NCBI RefSeq assembly: GCF_038025025.1
Contig: NW_027117344.1
Span: 2,046,001-2,110,000, forward strand
Direction: 5' to 3'
Source of the DNA: Phyllosticta citribraziliensis
Taxonomy: Eukaryota
Length of the DNA stretch: 64,000 nt
Both the position numbers and the translations under genes were made by a program. The notes below the pieces were generated by a model. That model had not been told where the DNA came from, searched no databases, and saw only the letters and a program-made list of their open reading frames with translations. This document shows, piece by piece, positions 59,001 through 64,000 of the stretch (positions are counted from its first letter, which is position 1; each line of letters begins with the position of its first letter).

Positions 59001-62000
59001 TGGTACCTCGACATACCGCTGTGCCGCCAAGCGAATATTGACGCACGACTCGGATGGATGCGCCGCCAGGTCTTTGTAATCTGCAACCGTCTTCTCATCA
59101 TCGCGAAGCTGGGCCCTCAAAGTCTATGTCGATGACGGGTTGAGCGGTGCGAGCGGCGAGCCATGTGGGTGTGTATGGTGTTGCGGTGTGGAGGCGTCGA
59201 GGTGGCAGCGGTAACTGCGAACAATCCGAGATCCGACTCGGATTTAAAAAGCGAATACGGACGGGAAGGGGAAAAGAAGGGGTCCGTCGATGAGTGGGGA
59301 GGGGGAAGAGGGGGACTGAAGGAGCCAGGGTGGTGCCTGGCGCGAGGGACCGCAGCTGGGAGTTGGTAGGGGGAGGACAACGTCGGAGCATCTAGCGACG
59401 CGGTGTTACGGGGACGCAAAAGGCTGCTGCGGTGGGTGGATACCGTGTGTGAGTGGCATTGCATGAAGAGGCGACACGGCGGGCGTTGGCGAGCGCACGA
59501 GATAGGGGACAACATAGGAGAACAAGCAAGCCATGTTCCCCAGCATCGTGGAATGCATAGCTGCGTGCGAGTTGAAATGGCGATAGCAGAGGTGATAAAG
59601 GCATCAGCGGCTGGAACTGAGGCAGATTCCTGTGCGATTAGCGGGCGCGTGATATTGGAAACAAAGCAGAAGAGGAAGGAGGTGTAGAATGGCGCGTCGC
59701 ATTGTGTAGGATATCCTTTTGATCATGGACCAGTGGAGAGCCATTGTCGACAGTCGTATGCACTGCGCTACTCTAGGTACCGGGCGTGGTTTGGTGTGAC
59801 GTCATGTATCTCAAGCACCCGAGCGGCACGCGACTGCGGCAGACGGCCGTTGTTGAAGTGGATATGGAGGCGAGACCGGAGACGGAGCCGCTTTGGACGT
59901 CGAGATTTATTGCCGCGTGGACGCGATTCTGGCCTGGCCCATTGCCTAATTGGGATGTGGATAGAGGGCAGGGGAGTACATCAGTAGGCGTCGGACCGCG
60001 GTCAGTCAAGTCAGATCAGACCAGGGCAACTCGCACGTCCGGCACCCAGAGAAAAGATAGTCGTCTGGCTGACGCAAGAGTGACATACGCCACAGAACCG
60101 GCTTGACTGACTCTCTTCTTTTGAAGCTCTACGAGTGCAATTTCGCTTGCCGCATCGGGCCAATGCTATTTTAGGGCGGGCGGCGCGGCATGATTGGCTG
60201 CACCTGAGGCACGCCAAGGCTGCGTCGACCCCTTCTTGGAGGCACGGGTAGCTATCTACTCCATGGATGGATGCCCACTGCCAACCGCCGCCGTGCTGCG
60301 TGGCGCCCTGACACTTGTCATGTCAATGCCGTGTTTCTTTGATGCAGCAGCTGCTTTCGTGCGTGTTCTCTTGCTCGAGCTTCGGCCGGCGCGGTACGGG
60401 AGATGAACTGCCCTCGGACGCCCGGGCACGTTGCGGTCGTCGCCCAAGGCACGGCACGTCTTGAATCGTCCGTTGCCCGGGGCTTCTCTGGCCGTGCTCG
60501 AAACATCTCTGGTCTTGGGAATCGAGATCTACAAATGGCGGCCGTCAGATGAGGGGCCCGCCTGCTGCAGAATCTTGGGCCGTCTCACTTGCTGGCCCCG
60601 TCGCGGCGCCCTCTGTCCATTTCGAATTTTGCCATTTGCCATGTGTGCTTTTGCAGTCTCGCTGCTAAAAGGAAAAAAAATTGCCAATCTGCCCGCGATC
60701 CACCTTTGGTCCCGGGATCTGCCTGCCGGCAGCTGAGGTGGGCTGAGACGCGCCGATGAACCAGCGGCAACGCAGCCTGCCGGTGCCGACCTCACCGTCC
60801 GTCCACGTCGTGGCCCCCATTCCGGTTGCGTGGGCTGCCGGTGCTTGGGGTCCAGGACGGCGGCGTGCCTGGACCGAATTTCAAAAATAAATAAAAAAAA
60901 TAAAACCCTCGACATGTTCAAGGCTCAAACCACATGGCTGCGCCTCGCCTTGCACGAATCGACCGTGCGGTACAAAGCAACAAGGTGTGGCGGGCTGCGG
61001 ATACCCAGCTCACATTACTCTGGGTACTCTAGCATTAGTGACCGGGCCCTTAACTGGACAGGGCCTCCTACTCTACAGCCTCTCCAAATCTCAACGGCTT
61101 TGCTTGGCGCCGGCGGAGAGGAGCAAAACACCATTGTGACGATATAATTCCGTATTCGCTGGATCTGGGGGCCGGGCGTATTCGCGTCGACGTACGTTGC
61201 TCTGGTGGGACGGCATGGCGGGCGGGCAGCGGAGACGTCAGGCAACACGTTCCTGTGATCAGATCAGGGCTCCGGCCAGGCAGCGCTGGCGGATGCACGC
61301 AGGATTCCAGAAAAGAAGAGAGCAAGCCAGCAAGCCCCTTTTTCGCGCGCGCGCGCGCACGATGGGGACAAAAACAACTTGAGCCCCGGGGGGCCGCCAG
61401 TGCAACAGCGAATGCAGGCCCGGGAACCATGGAACAGGCCAGGCCAGGCCAGGCATGACGAATTGCCGTGCTCCAGGGCCGTTGGACGGGCGGGCGGGCA
61501 TGCCGAAGGCCAGCTAGCGTGCAAAGTGCGCTGCTGTTTGGACGGCACCCAAGCTCGCAATGTGCGTGCCATTGATAGGTGCGGACGACGGCATTTCGGC
61601 CTCGTGGAAAGGGCATGGCAGAAATCGGCTGCGCACGTCAAGACAATTTCAGGACCGTGTGGCGCAGAAGATTGCTATTCTCGTACGGCAAAGAATCGAG
61701 CTGTTGCGCAACGCTCAAGCTGAAACAGGAGATGACTTGGGCACGCAGCGGGAGGGGCACACAAGATACTACTGCTGCTGGTGCGCTGCTGCGTGCGGGA
61801 GAGACAGTGATTGAGACGAAACGACAAGACGCAAGCAGAGTTAGGTACCTGGAGCTTGCTCAAGTTTTGTTTCAACGCTGGCATTAAGCTCCTGTCTGCG
61901 GCTCCCGTCATCTTCATTATCATCCTTCGCCCGCCCGACGACGTTGGATTTCGCTCGAGTCGATTCGGGCCGGGTCGCGTGCTGGTCAGCCGTGGGTCAA

Positions 62001-63076
62001 GGTTGTTAGTTACATTATCTATACAATTGCCGTAGCGCCTGGAGGCCGCGCAAGGCAAGGCGAGCAGCACGCGGTGGTTGGTCAGGTCGGTCGTGAGGTG
62101 GCGGATGGGAGCAGAGTGCCGTCGCTGCAGCAGCGTTGGTTCGACCGGTGCAGCGCGTCGACGAGCCGTCTGTGATGTAGACGCGGTCCGGTCGAAGCCA
62201 TGGAGAACAGAGCTGGAGCAAGAGGTTCTCTCGAGTACATGTACCGTATCGTATCGTAGGCGGGCCACGCCCCCTGTCGGCCATGGTCGCCGCGCTCTTC
62301 CGCACACGCGCGCCCTGCCCGCGCTCTAGTGCCCGCCACCTCCATCACCCCAGCACCACCACTTCAGCGAACAGCGATCCGGTCCAGGACCAGGACCGAC
62401 AAGCACCAAGACCAAGCCCACGACTGTCGACGACCTCAACTGTCGACGACCAGAACAGCGCACTTTCTCCTCCGTCGACTTCTTCCATCGTCAGCGCCGC
62501 CGCCGACTCCCGTCAGTCACCCACGTCCACCGCAGTCGCTGCCCCGATACCTTACCCCGTGGCACAGGCGCAACGCACTAATCTCTCCCTGCGCCTTGGC
62601 TGTGGCTGCCATTCCTGCGCGGCCTGGTGGTGGGAGCTTCCGCTTCCTCTTGTCGCCCGCGACCGTTGAGAGACATCTTTCCTCGCCCGACGCCCGATAG
62701 TCTAATCCGCTGGCGCACCTCCACTCCGTCCGTCCGTCTTCTTACGACTTCACTACCACCACCACCACCCACTCTCCGACGCCCTCCAGCTCGCTCTCTT
62801 CCCCTTCTCCTCTCTTCCCCCCATCCCTCCCTCCGGCCCACCGGCACACGTCGGCCTTTTTTCTCGCCCGTGGTCGACTTTCGCTCGTTCTGATTCCGTA
62901 CCCGTCGCCTTAATTTCCTAATTCCCCTGGTGCTTGGACGTCGCGCCCGGCCTGGATACCTTCGCAACCACCTCACCTTCGTCCTGCCACCACTCTGGCC
63001 GTGATCCCCCAGCACTCCACGCCGACCTTCGAGGGGGGCAAAAAAGTTTCTCGTCCTTTTTCTTCACACGGCCATC

Positions 63077-64000
63077 ATGGCTCCTGCAACGCCGAGGCTC
63101 CGAATCCTGTCAGGTATGTCGCGTACCTCAGACTCCCGTCGTCCCGCCCTGACACCACTGGCCTCCGCTTGGGGCTCACGTCAACTTGGCTCCTTCAACC
63201 ACTTGCCACCTCGAGCCCTTGACTGACAATCGTTCTAGTTGGCGGCAATGCCGTCTCCGCCTTCCTGTCCTGGCGCCTCCAGGCCACAAACTCCTGCGAC
63301 GTGACGCTGGTATGGAAATCAGGCTTTGACCATGTGTCACAATACGGCATAACGATGAAGTACGTGCGCCTACAATCCACGGTTCGCCCCGTCGTACGGT
63401 AGTAGCTGACGGTAAACGCCTTCAGGTCCAAATTATATGGCACAGAACGTTTCAAGCCGCGCGCAGGTACGGATTGAACCTAAACAATGTTTCACTTGCA
63501 CGCGTCCATTCGCTAACCCTCGCTGCAGTTGTGCGATCCCCCGAAGACGCCGCCAATATCTCCAAAGCCCCGTTTGATTACGTCTTTCTCTGCGTCAAGG
63601 CCCTCCCCGACGTCTACGACATTGCCTCTGTCATCGAGCCCGTCGTTTCCCCGCAGCACACATGTATTCTCGTAAACACCACACACACCCTCGGCGTTGA
63701 AACGTATCTCGAGCAACGGTTCCCAACCAACGTCGTCCTGTCGCTCGTTTCTGGCGCCGAGTTGACCCAGGTCGGCTCGAGCGAGTTCGAGCATCAGGGC
63801 TCGACCGAAATCTGGGTTGGTCCGGCCAACAGAAACCCCTCGATCCCGCACTCGATTCAATCCGACATGGCAGATGCGCTGGCCATGACCTTGAGCTCGG
63901 GCCAGGTCGAATGCAAGGTTTCCCAAAATATCCGTCAGCAGCAGTATGAGAGAATGATAGGGTAAGAGATCCGCTGCCCCGTGCGCAATCGCCCACTGAC
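63077..64000 (+). CDS. Ketopantoate-reductase-like (ApbA family) Svl3/Pam1-type protein, 5' part only
   Basis: MAPATPRLRILS/VGGNAVSAFLSWRLQATNSCDVTLVWKS..., FDYVFLCVKALPDVYD; several introns; continues past the window end. Confidence 0.85.

Overview
Fungal (Pezizomycotina, probably Dothideomycete; inferred from intron signals and gene content) nuclear DNA with about 20 protein genes, many of them intron-containing. In order: STI1 (3'-truncated), a 1196-aa disordered protein, a Zn-knuckle/repeat protein, an APC amino-acid permease, a GH79 hydrolase, a minimal PIP-kinase, a GFA/CENP-V protein, a hotdog thioesterase, a 64-aa myristoylated peptide, an FLC/TRP channel, a ferric reductase, RRP43, a Zn2Cys6 factor, a DAL5-like MFS, a secreted lipase, a DHA1 MFS, a PEBP, RPR2, SUB2 and a ketopantoate-reductase-like SVL3/PAM1 gene (3'-truncated). 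The standout is a minus-strand tRNA-Asp(GTC) gene at 10847-10998. Besides a normal 17-nt anticodon-loop intron, its T-loop is interrupted by a textbook 63-nt spliceosomal intron (GTAAGT...CACTAAC...CAG). Removing both introns gives a canonical 72-nt cloverleaf, followed by a Pol III T6 terminator. The SUB2 first intron folds into a long nested hairpin that contains an AATAAA. No prokaryotic features, CRISPR arrays or intact transposons were seen. All assignments come from reading the sequence and recalled motifs; no searches were run.
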